Source: a virus. Taken from it: DNA of 64,000 bases. Below are positions 26,780 to 37,597 of the stretch, one piece after another. Numbering within the stretch: the stretch's first letter is position 1; each line of letters opens with the position of its first letter. The stretch lies in IMG/VR virus record IMGVR_UViG_3300047200_000500, positions 1 through 64,000 of that record; one strand, written 5' to 3'. The notes under the pieces were generated by a model that ran no database searches, was not told where the DNA came from, and saw only the letters and a program-made list of their open reading frames with translations. The position numbers were made by a program, and so were the translations under genes.

Positions 26780-28186
26780 ATGAATAATTTATTTATTAAA
26801 AAAGCAAAACAAATTCACGGTAAAAAATATGATTATTCATTAGTTAATTATATTAATAATAGAATTAAAATAAAAATTATATGCCCAGTACATGGAGAAT
26901 TTGAACAAATACCACGTGATCATCTAAGTAAAAAAGGATGTATTAAATGTGGTTTAAATTTTAAATCAAAAGATGATTTTGTTAACAAAGCAATTGAGAT
27001 TCATAAAGATAAATATGATTATTCAAAAGTTGATTATAAAACTAGTAAAATTAAAGTAAAATTAATATGTAAAAAGCATGGTGAGTTTGAACAAAGACCA
27101 AACGATCATTTAAAAGGATATGGTTGTCCAAAATGTGGCTTTAATTTGTTATCGAAAAATGATTTTGCAAATAAATCTTCTGAAATTCATAATGACAAAT
27201 ACGATTATTCAAAAGTTGATTATCAGAATAATAAAATTAAGACTAAAATAATTTGTCCAGTTCATGGTGAATTTGAACAAACACCTGTCAATCATTTGCG
27301 TGGTAACGGTTGTCCAAAATGTGGCGCAGAAATTGTTATATCTAAGGCACACCAAGAGATAATTGATTTAATTGAAGAAGATAAAATTATTAATGATCGT
27401 GAAACAATAAAACCAAATGAACTGGATATTTATATCCCTTCTAAAAATATTGCTATTGAATTCAATGGTTTATACTGGCATAGCTATGACGAATTAGAAT
27501 CTAAAAAAGAAAAGTTTAAACATCATAACAAATCTTCAATTTGTTATGATAAAGGAATTCAATTAATTCAAATTTTTGAAGATGAATGGTTGTTTAAAAA
27601 AGAAATTGTAAAATCAATATTGAATGCAAAACTTGGTATTAATAATAAGATATTTGCTCGTAAGTGTTTCATAAAGGAATTAACATCAAATGAATTTAAT
27701 GAATTTTGCAATAATAATCATATTCAAGGTAAGCTTAATTCAGTAATAAAACTAGGATTAATACACGAAAATAGACTAGTTTGCGTTATTGGTTTTAATA
27801 AACACTGTGAATATGATTATGAATGCACAAGATTTTGCAATGAGCTTAATATCAACATCGTAGGTGGAGCAAGTAGACTATTTAAATATTTTTTGAATAA
27901 ATGGAAACCAAATTCAGTTTTATCATTTGCTGACAGACGATATAGTAATGGTGGTTTATATAAGCAATTAGGATTTAAATTAATTAATGTAACAAGCCCT
28001 GGTTATTTTTATACTAAAGGACTAAATAGATTATCACGCCAAAAATTTCAAAAACATAAACTTGAGAAAAAATTAGAAAATTTTAATTGGGGCCTTTCAG
28101 AATCACAAAATATGTTTAATAATGGATATAGGAGGTTATGGGATGCTGGGCATTGGAAATTCGTATGGAATGTAGATAATATATGA
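26780..28186 (+). CDS. putative homing endonuclease: three Zn-ribbon repeats, PD-(D/E)XK domain, GNAT-like C-terminus
   Basis: 3x H..KYDYS.V.Y...K.IC..HGEFEQ.P..HL..GC.KC; ELDIY...IAIEFNGLYWH; ECTRFC..GGASRL..SFADRRY. Confidence 0.75.
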   Translation: MNNLFIKKAKQIHGKKYDYSLVNYINNRIKIKIICPVHGEFEQIPRDHLSKKGCIKCGLNFKSKDDFVNKAIEIHKDKYDYSKVDYKTSKIKVKLICKKHGEFEQRPNDHLKGYGCPKCGFNLLSKNDFANKSSEIHNDKYDYSKVDYQNNKIKTKIICPVHGEFEQTPVNHLRGNGCPKCGAEIVISKAHQEIIDLIEEDKIINDRETIKPNELDIYIPSKNIAIEFNGLYWHSYDELESKKEKFKHHNKSSICYDKGIQLIQIFEDEWLFKKEIVKSILNAKLGINNKIFARKCFIKELTSNEFNEFCNNNHIQGKLNSVIKLGLIHENRLVCVIGFNKHCEYDYECTRFCNELNINIVGGASRLFKYFLNKWKPNSVLSFADRRYSNGGLYKQLGFKLINVTSPGYFYTKGLNRLSRQKFQKHKLEKKLENFNWGLSESQNMFNNGYRRLWDAGHWKFVWNVDNI

Positions 28187-28533
28187 ATGAAAATGAAATG
28201 AATATGCATCTAATAAAAGCAAAAGAATTAGTAGATGAAGCAATTAATCCATTAGAAAACAGATTCAATCTTGATAAAAGTAATGATCCAAAAGATGGAG
28301 ACTCTATCGCTCAATTAATAAGCAAATTGAGTTATACTGTTAATCAAATGTGGACTGGTCAGGACGTTCTCTATCGTATTAGATTTATGACAAAAGAACA
28401 ATTCCTTGCCGAATATAGTAAGAAACCAATCGAATTACATGATATTCTTAAGAGAGCTTGTGATTTGAATGTCCAAAGAGCTAACTTGATGGATGCGATT
28501 GATAAAGAGATTATGAAAGTCAAGGCTAAATAA
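28183..28533 (+). CDS. DUF4254-like helical protein
   Basis: SIAQLISKL..VNQMW...LNVQRANLMDAID. Confidence 0.5.
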   Translation: MNENEMNMHLIKAKELVDEAINPLENRFNLDKSNDPKDGDSIAQLISKLSYTVNQMWTGQDVLYRIRFMTKEQFLAEYSKKPIELHDILKRACDLNVQRANLMDAIDKEIMKVKAK

Positions 28534-28739
28534 TGGATACAATAGGAAATGCTATTGATAAGCTGTTCACTGTTAATCTAAAATTAATTAATAGTGATTT
28601 TAAAAATATTTCAAGAATTGATAATCTCAATACTCAACAGGTGGCGTTAATGGCTGAAATAGACAAAAATATAAACAAAGTTTTTAGTGGAGAATTATCT
28701 GAAAATGATATGGTGCGTCCCCAGCATAAAACTTACTAA
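28533..28739 (+). CDS. DUF4254-like small helical protein, paralog of the preceding gene
   Basis: TIGNAIDKLFTVNLK...LNTQQVALMAEID; TAATG coupling. Confidence 0.5.
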   Translation: MDTIGNAIDKLFTVNLKLINSDFKNISRIDNLNTQQVALMAEIDKNINKVFSGELSENDMVRPQHKTY

Positions 28740-28766
28740 TATCAAAAATAAGTTTAGGAATAACAC

Positions 28767-29393
28767 ATGACAAAGACTATCAATCCTGTTATTGAGAATA
28801 TCGTTAGTATTATCAAGTCAAGCAATTTGACTTTTGAAGAAAGATTAGCTGTTGTCCAAGACGTAAAAATCATAAAGCAATATTACAAATCAGATAAAAT
28901 GGATCTTTTAAGTGGTTTAAATAAGATTAATGAAACGATTTCAAAAACTAAGGGATGCAATGTTAAATTTATTTCTTATGTGGGTGAATCAATTAAAGAT
29001 CTCAGAGAGGAATTATCACCTCAGTTAATGAAGTCACTTTGTGAGGCTGATGAAAATATTGGTGCTGATAAAGAAGGGAATCTTCAAAAGGGTGAGGGCG
29101 AAAGCGAGTTAGATTTCAAAAAGAGACAAGAAGAGCAAGAAAAAATTCAAGATAAAAATGTTGATGCGTTTCAACAGGCTCAAGAAAAAATGAAAAAGGG
29201 TGAGACTAAACCGCTTGCTAAAGCTCTTCGCGCTAAGGGTATGTCGCAACAAGAATTAGCAGATAAGCTTGATGTTCATAAATCAACAATAAGCAGATTA
29301 AAGACTGGTAAGAGAAACCCCAGCTTTGAAATGATGGCCGAATTAGGTGAGACTCTTGGTTCTGTGGAAAATCTTTTCCCAGAACTTAAGTAG
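28767..29393 (+). CDS. protein with C-terminal XRE-family HTH
   Basis: KGMSQQELADKLDVHKSTISRLKTGKRNPS. Confidence 0.8.
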   Translation: MTKTINPVIENIVSIIKSSNLTFEERLAVVQDVKIIKQYYKSDKMDLLSGLNKINETISKTKGCNVKFISYVGESIKDLREELSPQLMKSLCEADENIGADKEGNLQKGEGESELDFKKRQEEQEKIQDKNVDAFQQAQEKMKKGETKPLAKALRAKGMSQQELADKLDVHKSTISRLKTGKRNPSFEMMAELGETLGSVENLFPELK

Positions 29394-29406
29394 TATTTTA
29401 TAGTTC

Positions 29407-30267
29407 ATGAGTATAGAAGATCTTGAAAATCAACTTGGTGTCCAGTCTAGTGAAAAAACACCAGAACAAATTAGGGATATCACTGCTAAGATTCCAGAAG
29501 AAAGAGCATCTACTAATTTAGATGATGCTCCTGAACCTATTATTAAAGTAAAGGATAAACCAGCACCTGAGATGCTGGAAAATCCCATTGTTAAAGAATG
29601 TCACCAGATTTATAAAGATGGTCGTACTAATGATGTGGAATGGAGATGGCAATTAGGCGAGAAAATTGACGGAATTTATACTGACACTTCTGATAAGAGT
29701 GAAGGTGTTCTAAAGGCTATCAGTTTTGTTCTTGATATTTCTACTTCAGATCTTAGTAGGTTTAGAAAATTCTATAAATCGTTTAAATTTGAAGATGTCA
29801 AAAAGAAAATTGACCAGGGATATTCATGGTCTCATTTTAAAATTTTAAATGATATAAAAGATACTCTTATAAAAGACAGAATCATCAATCAAATTGATAC
29901 TAAAGGTGAAGCACCTAAGACGAACGAACTCCAGGATGTAGTAAACAAGGAAAAAGAACAGCAGCTGGATCGTGCCGCAGCCTCATCTAGTGAAGATTCA
30001 AAGAAAAGTAGTATTCCATCACCTTCTAGGCCCATAAACAGTGCACTTAAGGTAGTAGAAAAGCTTGGTGATTATCTTGGTGATATTTATATTCAGATTG
30101 AATCTGGTATAGATTTCGCATCAGAAAAACAAGAAGAAAAGTATAATGAATCATTTAATGATTTAAAAGTCAGATTGGGTGAAATCATAGAAATGTCAAA
30201 TAAAATAATTAATGGGAAAAATATAACTGATGAAAAGCCCACTAAAAAAGAAGAAAATGGACCTTAA
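29407..30267 (+). CDS. DUF1016 N-terminal-like putative DNA-binding protein
   Basis: WQLGEKI...DLSRFRKFY...SWSHFKIL. Confidence 0.5.
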   Translation: MSIEDLENQLGVQSSEKTPEQIRDITAKIPEERASTNLDDAPEPIIKVKDKPAPEMLENPIVKECHQIYKDGRTNDVEWRWQLGEKIDGIYTDTSDKSEGVLKAISFVLDISTSDLSRFRKFYKSFKFEDVKKKIDQGYSWSHFKILNDIKDTLIKDRIINQIDTKGEAPKTNELQDVVNKEKEQQLDRAAASSSEDSKKSSIPSPSRPINSALKVVEKLGDYLGDIYIQIESGIDFASEKQEEKYNESFNDLKVRLGEIIEMSNKIINGKNITDEKPTKKEENGP

Positions 30268-30344
30268 AGAAGAAACTGGAAGAATAGTCCGATCTACTAT
30301 GTCGGCATCGGCTAACAAAATTGTCGAGTTAATCAAAAGTTCAA

Positions 30345-31022
30345 CTACTCAGGTGAAGAAATAAAATTAGCAGTAGTTCTACCTTTCCAATTCCTTCCTA
30401 ATTCGTCATTTCCTAAATGTATCGTGTTAATCTTTAAATTTTTTCTATTTTCGTCTGGCCATTTTCTTAAAAACATCCTATCTGATCTTCCGGCATGACC
30501 ATGATTTTCGTCATACCATTTATTATCTAAACTGGTTATTATTTTAGATTTACAATTAATCAGTTGGAAAAATCCCACTCCTATTGCTAATCTGTGACCT
30601 TGCAATGTCCATGACATATTAATTGTTCTGGTATCGCGATAATTTAACCATTCATGATATGTTGGACATATATACCTATGAGTTCCATAAATATTATCAA
30701 CATTTAAAGTTTGTTTATCTAGAGTTTCTCTAAAATTAAATGGTAAAAACATATCTGCATCTGTTATTAGAACCCAATCATTATATTTTATATGTTTAAC
30801 GCCATCATTTATTGCTTTACCTTTATTAAATTTATCGCCGTTTTCGTATAATCTATCTGTGAAAATTGTTTGTATTCCATAATTGTCACATAAATCAATT
30901 GTGTTTTTATCTTCTTTTGTTGTGACTATTATCATATTGTCAAAATGATTTTTATTAAAATCTAATATGCATGATAAATAATCAGAATAATTAACACATA
31001 CCAACAGACATTCTAGTTTCAT
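30345..31022 (-). CDS. GT-A fold glycosyltransferase (GT2-like)
   Basis: FNKGKAINDG, ITDAD, GFFQL, SDRMF, HLG. Confidence 0.8.
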   Translation of the reverse strand: MKLECLLVCVNYSDYLSCILDFNKNHFDNMIIVTTKEDKNTIDLCDNYGIQTIFTDRLYENGDKFNKGKAINDGVKHIKYNDWVLITDADMFLPFNFRETLDKQTLNVDNIYGTHRYICPTYHEWLNYRDTRTINMSWTLQGHRLAIGVGFFQLINCKSKIITSLDNKWYDENHGHAGRSDRMFLRKWPDENRKNLKINTIHLGNDELGRNWKGRTTANFISSPE

Positions 31023-31531
31023 TTTGAATAAATTCCTACACCTGTTCTATCATTAAATGAAGCTCTTAATTTATAATTGTTCTTTTCTAAATAATTTCTG
31101 GAAGATTTACCTGATCTAGCGTGCCAATCATGTATCATGATGAAACTGTTATCATTAATCATTTTTTGAGATTCGACAAATTCAATGGCTTTATCTCTAA
31201 AAAGACCATCTCCACCTGGCGGATATCCAGCACTTGAGTCGATAAATACAAAATCATAAACATCTTGCGGTATTTGGTGCCAAGTTGTGGTAATAATGTT
31301 TATTTTTGGGACATTTTTTAAAGTATCAATGATGCATTGTTGATAATGTTCCATTGCAACATAGATTTTAGGTTTTAAAGATTCATTAATAACCCATGAA
31401 GTTATTCCACATCCAAATTCTAATACCTTACAATTTTTAAAATTGCATGATGTCAGATATGTTGATATCCATATTAATTCTTTTTCTGTCGGAGCTAATT
31501 TAGAAAAAGGAAATGTTTTTGGAAAAATCAT
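31019..31531 (-). CDS. class I SAM-dependent methyltransferase
   Basis: VLEFGCG, YDFVFIDS, IMIHD. Confidence 0.75.
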   Translation of the reverse strand: MIFPKTFPFSKLAPTEKELIWISTYLTSCNFKNCKVLEFGCGITSWVINESLKPKIYVAMEHYQQCIIDTLKNVPKINIITTTWHQIPQDVYDFVFIDSSAGYPPGGDGLFRDKAIEFVESQKMINDNSFIMIHDWHARSGKSSRNYLEKNNYKLRASFNDRTGVGIYSK

Positions 31532-32379
31532 GTGTTTTCCTTAACTAGCTTTATTAATAATTTAGACATGCCAGTTGGTGAAAAATAATCACGATATAGT
31601 TGTTTTGATGCTTCAGAAAATGGCCCTGGATTTACATCTCTCAATTTTAATAAATCAAGTGGGTTAGTTAAATGATAAAAATGAATATTTGGCTTCATTT
31701 CAAAAGGATAAGTTGGGATATAACTTAATGCTATTGGCATGCCAAGTGATGAAAATTCTACTTCTCTTCTATTCTTTCCATCGTGATTTCTTTGTTTACC
31801 TTTAAGAATTATTCCCCATTTACATTCTGATAAAATATTCATGTAATCATTTTGAGGATCAGTACTCACATAATCAGTTTTAGTATAAAAGTCTTTGTGT
31901 TTAGCAGCTTCATTAACCCAAGGTTGGCGTCCAAATCTATTGTTTCTACCTGTTATTGATCCAATATATTTATGATTTTTATATGGATTCCAACTTATTC
32001 TGCCAAGTTCAAAATGATGAGTCGGCATGACAGTCCATGGTAAAACTTTAATACCAGTTTTTTCTGGAAATGTTTTATCCCAATATTCATGTTTATAATA
32101 TTGAATTTTAAAAATTATTTTTATGTCTTTTAAAATAGTGTTAAATAAACCATTATCAAGATAATGACAAGTTGGACTCCATGTGTCCCAAGTATCCAAT
32201 CCTATTCTAACACCATCTAATTCTAATGTACACCAATTACCATTTCTAACTCCTGGAATGTTTTTGTATGGGAAATCAAATTCTGATATTTCAAACAAAT
32301 TGCTCCTGGCCAACATTTTACATAAGGTCCAATTCCACCCATTATAATCTTTGTAGTTTTTCTGTAATAATAGTTTCAT
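31528..32379 (-). CDS. putative GT-B glycosyltransferase
   Basis: YMNILSECKWGI..KG...KNRREVEFSSLGMP. Confidence 0.55.
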   Translation of the reverse strand: MKLLLQKNYKDYNGWNWTLCKMLARSNLFEISEFDFPYKNIPGVRNGNWCTLELDGVRIGLDTWDTWSPTCHYLDNGLFNTILKDIKIIFKIQYYKHEYWDKTFPEKTGIKVLPWTVMPTHHFELGRISWNPYKNHKYIGSITGRNNRFGRQPWVNEAAKHKDFYTKTDYVSTDPQNDYMNILSECKWGIILKGKQRNHDGKNRREVEFSSLGMPIALSYIPTYPFEMKPNIHFYHLTNPLDLLKLRDVNPGPFSEASKQLYRDYFSPTGMSKLLIKLVKENT

Positions 32380-33968
32380 ATCTTATACTCTTGCCTGATC
32401 CCATTAACAATTTCTTTTAATGAATTTAAATCAGTGTTATTGTTAACTCCTAATTTTTTAAAATTATGCCAACACCAAGAACGTTCCGGTAATCTGGTGG
32501 CCATGTACCATAAATATGTATCGTGGCTAGGAACTGGCAATTTTTCTCCAGCTAATGATGCCGCTTCTATAACAAACTCTGTTTTATGAAGGCAGAAGAA
32601 TGATGCAAATCTTTTATGCCCATATCTGTGGCTATTTGTAGCTTCTGTTCGTTGTTTTTCATCCAGGTATATTTCGCCTTCAATATCATTAGCTTCAGCC
32701 CAATCATCTAATTTGCATATCCAAGATCCAGGTTTACTATAACGCCATTTGTGGCCTGCCATATCATAATCATAAAAATGATCTAATATTACATCGTCTT
32801 TATTACTAAAATAAGCATCTCCATCGATTTTTATCCAATATGGTGTTTCAACAAATGCTGCGGCACCAAACACAAATGATGACAACATTAATTCCCTGGC
32901 AGATTCAGAATTTTCCATGCTCCATGGTATTAATTTCACTTCTCTGCCAGTTATTTCTTTTATAAATGCCAATTCGGTTTCTGGCGATTTGAAACCATTG
33001 TGGAACACTATCATTGGATATTTTGCTAATTGTGGTTTCAGTTGCCAAGTTGGCAAAACGGTTTTAAGCTTTTCTAGATATGGTGGATTTACTGCAGTTA
33101 CTATTGTTGTTGATTTATCAATAATCATTGGTTTTTTCCCTGATTTTAAATAGATTCTCAGTTGTTTGTCATTTCCGGTTATATCTTGAATGTTCATGAA
33201 TTTTTTATTTAATGCATCATTAAATTCATTAATCCATATGTCACCATTATAAATTAATGAATTATCCTTACCAATCCTACAGTGTTTTCTCCCATGATAA
33301 TGAATTATTCTAACATCTTTATCTTTAGGATTACTGTATTTACAGGAACAATTAAATTTTTGATCAACAACTATATGTTTATATTTATGTAATACAACTT
33401 GCATTCCTGTTTCATCTGGTATGAAATTTTCTCTCCCAGGAGTTACATTCTTACACCAATCTTTCATAAATTCACAATTCTTTTTGAATGCAAATATTCC
33501 ACAATTTATTGCTGGTGCTGGTTTTAAAGCAATTTCAATTAAATTTGGATATATATTTCTCCAACTTTCTGTCCTTTTTACTATAGCACGTGTTTCAGTG
33601 GTCCAATTGCAAAATTGTGGAATTGCAAAATCATGTTTTTCTGCTAATTCGAATAATTCTTCTATATTACCTTTAACAATTGTATCAGAGTCTAAAAATA
33701 TTGATATATCATATGGTGTATGGTCATTTATAGATGCTTTTTGAAGAAATACTGAATTTTTTCCTTCTATAATATTTGGGAAATTAACAAATTTTACATC
33801 AATATTTAAACCACAATTTTTGAAATTTGAACAAAATTTATTTGATTCGTCACCTGTTGATATTATAGTGATTGGACCATTGTAATGTTTCCTCAAACTC
33901 CAAATTGCTATTACTAGTCTTACTAAACATTTACTTCCAGAATTGAAATATATGACACCTTTGTTCAT
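32376..33968 (-). CDS. two-domain GT-A glycosyltransferase (GT8-like plus second DxD domain)
   Basis: FLDSD, INCG, DE, IIHYHG; second domain KIDGD, SHDT. Confidence 0.75.
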   Translation of the reverse strand: MNKGVIYFNSGSKCLVRLVIAIWSLRKHYNGPITIISTGDESNKFCSNFKNCGLNIDVKFVNFPNIIEGKNSVFLQKASINDHTPYDISIFLDSDTIVKGNIEELFELAEKHDFAIPQFCNWTTETRAIVKRTESWRNIYPNLIEIALKPAPAINCGIFAFKKNCEFMKDWCKNVTPGRENFIPDETGMQVVLHKYKHIVVDQKFNCSCKYSNPKDKDVRIIHYHGRKHCRIGKDNSLIYNGDIWINEFNDALNKKFMNIQDITGNDKQLRIYLKSGKKPMIIDKSTTIVTAVNPPYLEKLKTVLPTWQLKPQLAKYPMIVFHNGFKSPETELAFIKEITGREVKLIPWSMENSESARELMLSSFVFGAAAFVETPYWIKIDGDAYFSNKDDVILDHFYDYDMAGHKWRYSKPGSWICKLDDWAEANDIEGEIYLDEKQRTEATNSHRYGHKRFASFFCLHKTEFVIEAASLAGEKLPVPSHDTYLWYMATRLPERSWCWHNFKKLGVNNNTDLNSLKEIVNGIRQEYKI

Positions 33969-34025
33969 TTTAACCTCATAGCTATATACTTTATAGAAAA
34001 TTTAAAGTAGTTAATAAAGGGATAT

Positions 34026-34466
34026 ATGGACATACTTTGCAACCTCAGTCATAGATTAATTAATGAAAAATATCAAGATTGTCGCATGTTTTGGATTTAT
34101 CCAATGCCAGATGACAAAAATGTTAAATGGGAGATATTTTTAACTAGTAAACCAATTTCAGGAGAAGATTTAAGCAATTGGCTTGTCGTTTTACATAAGC
34201 TAAAATTAGGTTGGAAAAAAGATTTCTCACAATGTAGAGATGCATATCAATCATTGCCGAGGGGAGTAATAGTTGATAATTACATGTATCATGGAAATAA
34301 TTGTCCCAGGAATTGCCCTTTATCTGAAGTAGCTAAAGAATATGGCGGAGAGTTGGGTAAAAATTTAACGCCAGTGTATAAAAAAGAATATGGGATAAAC
34401 AAACAACATTTGGAAGCAATGGAAAGTGTAATAGGAAATGAATTAGGCTTAATTTATACAGAGTGA
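34026..34466 (+). CDS. hypothetical protein
   Basis: 146-aa ORF, SLPRG motif. Confidence 0.6.
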   Translation: MDILCNLSHRLINEKYQDCRMFWIYPMPDDKNVKWEIFLTSKPISGEDLSNWLVVLHKLKLGWKKDFSQCRDAYQSLPRGVIVDNYMYHGNNCPRNCPLSEVAKEYGGELGKNLTPVYKKEYGINKQHLEAMESVIGNELGLIYTE

Positions 34467-34502
34467 GATATTAACTTTCAAGAGAATCTTGCTAAAAATA
34501 TT

Positions 34503-34886
34503 ATGCACGATAAACTCTTGGAGATCACTATGACCGATACATCAATCAAAAGCGTACCCATTCGCTACCTTCACCATAAGCTTCCTTGTGGTAGAGTAAT
34601 CAGCATTGGTTTTACTGCACCAGCAGAGAAAAAAGGTAAAATTTTAATGGCATTTTCTTTTTGTTCAGAACATGATAATTTTTCACGTAAACTTGCTCGT
34701 GAACGTCTTAATAAGAGAATTGAGTTTAAGCACCCCAAGGTGATAGAGACTGAACAGAAAGATGGTCAGCATATTAATGATGTTGTAATAAAGACATGGA
34801 ATGATAATAAGGACAAGCTTACTCCAATAAAGTGGCTTCAAACGGCATATCCTAGTGGTGTAATGATTGATCGACCCACTCGATGA
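34503..34886 (+). CDS. hypothetical phage protein
   Basis: SFCS..DNFSRK.AR motif typical of small phage proteins. Confidence 0.6.
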   Translation: MHDKLLEITMTDTSIKSVPIRYLHHKLPCGRVISIGFTAPAEKKGKILMAFSFCSEHDNFSRKLARERLNKRIEFKHPKVIETEQKDGQHINDVVIKTWNDNKDKLTPIKWLQTAYPSGVMIDRPTR

Positions 34887-35520
34887 TAAGGTCTATTATC
34901 TGAATATTTATGTTAGGATGGTACTGCACATATGTGTAGTATGTGCAGTACTGTCTACTATTAAAATTTATAGTGATATGTTTCTAAATGAAACATCATT
35001 AGAAACATCATTGTCACCAGAAGTATTATTGCCGCTGGAAGCGCCACAAATTGTAATGTCTGTTTCCGCAACAAAATCTCAAGTTGTTTCACAGCCAGTT
35101 CTACCGGTTAAAGTTGTCATAGCGAAAAATGAAAAAATACCAGATTGGGTAATTCAAGGAATATTGCAGGTTGAAACTAGATCATCAATTGGTAAAAATG
35201 GCAATATTAAATATGTTGATAAGCGCAGAGGATTGGCTGGTGAAAGAGGACCATTTCAAATGAGAAAGTGTTCATTTGACACAATCAAAAAGCGTGGTGA
35301 TCAATTTTGGATGTTGGAAACTGATACAGAATTTGCACAGGAAAAAGCAGAAGAATATTTGATGTATTTATACGATCATCATGCTAATAAAAATTGGAAG
35401 ACTACTGTTGCAATGTGGAATACTGGACCAAATGCATATAATGGATTATATAATATTGGTAGAAAATATGCCAGCTTAGTTTACAAAAAAGGATTGAAAT
35501 TGGTCGATCAATTTTCGTAA
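34867..35520 (+). CDS. SLT-type lytic transglycosylase with N-terminal hydrophobic anchor
   Basis: ILQVET (catalytic Glu), GPFQM, AMWNTG. Confidence 0.65.
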   Translation: MIDPLDDKVYYLNIYVRMVLHICVVCAVLSTIKIYSDMFLNETSLETSLSPEVLLPLEAPQIVMSVSATKSQVVSQPVLPVKVVIAKNEKIPDWVIQGILQVETRSSIGKNGNIKYVDKRRGLAGERGPFQMRKCSFDTIKKRGDQFWMLETDTEFAQEKAEEYLMYLYDHHANKNWKTTVAMWNTGPNAYNGLYNIGRKYASLVYKKGLKLVDQFS

Positions 35521-36446
35521 ATTACCTTTTTAAAATAATCGATTGTTTTAATTAATCCTTCGTTTAAATTAATTCTTGGCTCCCAACTAAGTAGTTTTTT
35601 AGCCATATTAATATCTGGACAGCGTTGTTTTGGATCGTCTTGTGGTAGTGGTTTAAATATTAATTTAGATTTTGATTTAGTAAGTTTTAATATTTTTTCA
35701 GCCAATTCAATTATCGTAAATTCGTTTGGATTTCCAATATTAATTGGACCATGATGTTTTGATTCCATCATTTTTACAAATCCATTGATCATATCATCAA
35801 CATATTGAAAAGATCTGGTTTGTTTTCCTTCGCCATAAATAGTAATTGGCCTATTACGCAAAGCTTGTATTATAAAATTGCTTATAACTCTGCCATCATC
35901 AACACTCATGTTTGGGCCATAAGTATTAAAAATTCTAACTATTTTAGTGTTAACTTTATTTTGAATATGATACGAATGGAATAAAGTTTCTGCGCAGCGT
36001 TTTCCTTCATCATAGCAACTTCTTGGACCTACTGTATTAACATTTCCCAAATATGATTCATTTTGTGGGTGAATTTCTGGGTCACCATAAATTTCAGAAG
36101 TAGAAGCAAGTAATATTTTAGCTTTTACACGTTTAGCTAATCCTAAAAGATTTATACTACCATGAACACTTGTTTTAACAGTTTGAACAGGGTCACGTTG
36201 ATAATGAATTGGAGAAGCAGGGCAAGCTAAATTATAAATTTCGTCAACTTCAATGAATAATGGAAATGTCACATCATGTCTTATTAATTCAAATTTTCGA
36301 TTACTAGTTAGATCAATAATATTATTTTTATTACCAGTATAAAAATTGTCTACACATATTACTTCATTACCTTCTCGTAATAATTTTCTGCAAAGATGGT
36401 TACCTAAAAAACCGGCTCCACCACAAACCAATATTCTTTTATTCAT
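35508..36446 (-). CDS. UDP-glucuronate decarboxylase (UDP-xylose synthase)
   Basis: [63 protein letters not shown]. Confidence 0.93.
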   Translation of the reverse strand: MNKRILVCGGAGFLGNHLCRKLLREGNEVICVDNFYTGNKNNIIDLTSNRKFELIRHDVTFPLFIEVDEIYNLACPASPIHYQRDPVQTVKTSVHGSINLLGLAKRVKAKILLASTSEIYGDPEIHPQNESYLGNVNTVGPRSCYDEGKRCAETLFHSYHIQNKVNTKIVRIFNTYGPNMSVDDGRVISNFIIQALRNRPITIYGEGKQTRSFQYVDDMINGFVKMMESKHHGPINIGNPNEFTIIELAEKILKLTKSKSKLIFKPLPQDDPKQRCPDINMAKKLLSWEPRINLNEGLIKTIDYFKKVIYEN

Positions 36447-36465
36447 TACCTATATACAAATAAAA

Positions 36466-36753
36466 TTACTTTAAGACGTGTTTTTTCAATATATTAACTG
36501 TTTTTTCTAATAATTTATCGTAATTAATTTCATTTTGGCTAAATACTAATTTCTTTTTCTTGTGAACATCTTTAACAAAATTAAACAACTCATCTTTAGA
36601 TAATTTATGGGGATTTTGAAATGGGGATTTTGCGTTTTTTACAATATCATGCATTTCACCTAATAATGATTTTTCAAAATCGATCCATTCACTCCATAAA
36701 TTTTCTATTTCTTTTAAATCTTTTTGATCAGTTATTTCTAAATTTTCAGACAT
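36466..36753 (-). CDS. hypothetical protein
   Basis: co-oriented ORF. Confidence 0.55.
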   Translation of the reverse strand: MSENLEITDQKDLKEIENLWSEWIDFEKSLLGEMHDIVKNAKSPFQNPHKLSKDELFNFVKDVHKKKKLVFSQNEINYDKLLEKTVNILKKHVLK

Positions 36754-36754
36754 G

Positions 36755-37597
36755 TTATGTATCCTTGCTGTGAGTGAGCATTGAAATTTCTGTCTTCTCC
36801 TGCATTAATTTAGATTTAAGAATTTTAGCGCTGCTACCTTTAAATTTTTGATACATTTCTTCTAAAAAAGTAGTGACTAAATCATACCCAACTTCCTTAC
36901 CTGATGTTATTAATTTACCTTCATAATCTAAAAATCTTATTATTTCTACTTGGGCCGCAGCACCGTTTATTCCAATTTGACTAAAATAAATATGATTACC
37001 TTCATCAACTATGCCATTTCTCGCTCTTGCCGCTGTTATTGCTTGATCAAATGCTTTTTTAATATGGTATTGTTCTTCTTCTTTTTCAAAATCTAATTCA
37101 TCAAATGAGGTGATTTTCAATTCCTTTAGTATTGATTTATATTGTAATATGTGATTGGTAACTTTTCTAACCGCGCCAGCTATATATGACTTTGAAGATT
37201 CAAGTTCTGCCATTTTTTGTTCTAAGTCAACACATAATAATTCTTTATTTAATTTATCTTTAGTTTTTTTAATATCTCTTTGTAAAATTTTTATTTCAAT
37301 TGCTTTCTTTTTATTTTTAAAATATGCTTCTTGAAGAGCTTCTTTACTTCTGGTAATTTCTGATAAAATTTGTCTTATGTTTCTAAGTGGTGTCGGATGA
37401 GAAACAGTTAGAATATTATCCATATATTGAGATTGGGTTTTATAAAATATTGAAGTAGCTCTTTGTATTTCTGGCAGATTGGTTTTTATGATTTCAACCA
37501 TTTTTCCATGGTTTGGAATATTATTTAAAACTTCATTTACGTTTATTTCAATTAATCCATATTCTTGTTCGTTGTTTTTCATATTCATTAAATACAT
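36755..37597 (-). CDS. coiled-coil hypothetical protein downstream of the repeat protein
   Basis: KTQSQYM..TPLRNIRQIL; true start may be a slightly downstream Met. Confidence 0.65.
   Translation of the reverse strand: MYLMNMKNNEQEYGLIEINVNEVLNNIPNHGKMVEIIKTNLPEIQRATSIFYKTQSQYMDNILTVSHPTPLRNIRQILSEITRSKEALQEAYFKNKKKAIEIKILQRDIKKTKDKLNKELLCVDLEQKMAELESSKSYIAGAVRKVTNHILQYKSILKELKITSFDELDFEKEEEQYHIKKAFDQAITAARARNGIVDEGNHIYFSQIGINGAAAQVEIIRFLDYEGKLITSGKEVGYDLVTTFLEEMYQKFKGSSAKILKSKLMQEKTEISMLTHSKDT

Noticed and set aside
30257-30364. 35-aa ORF MDLKEETGRIVRSTM...
   Set aside because: Plausible small gene but too short and without motif support
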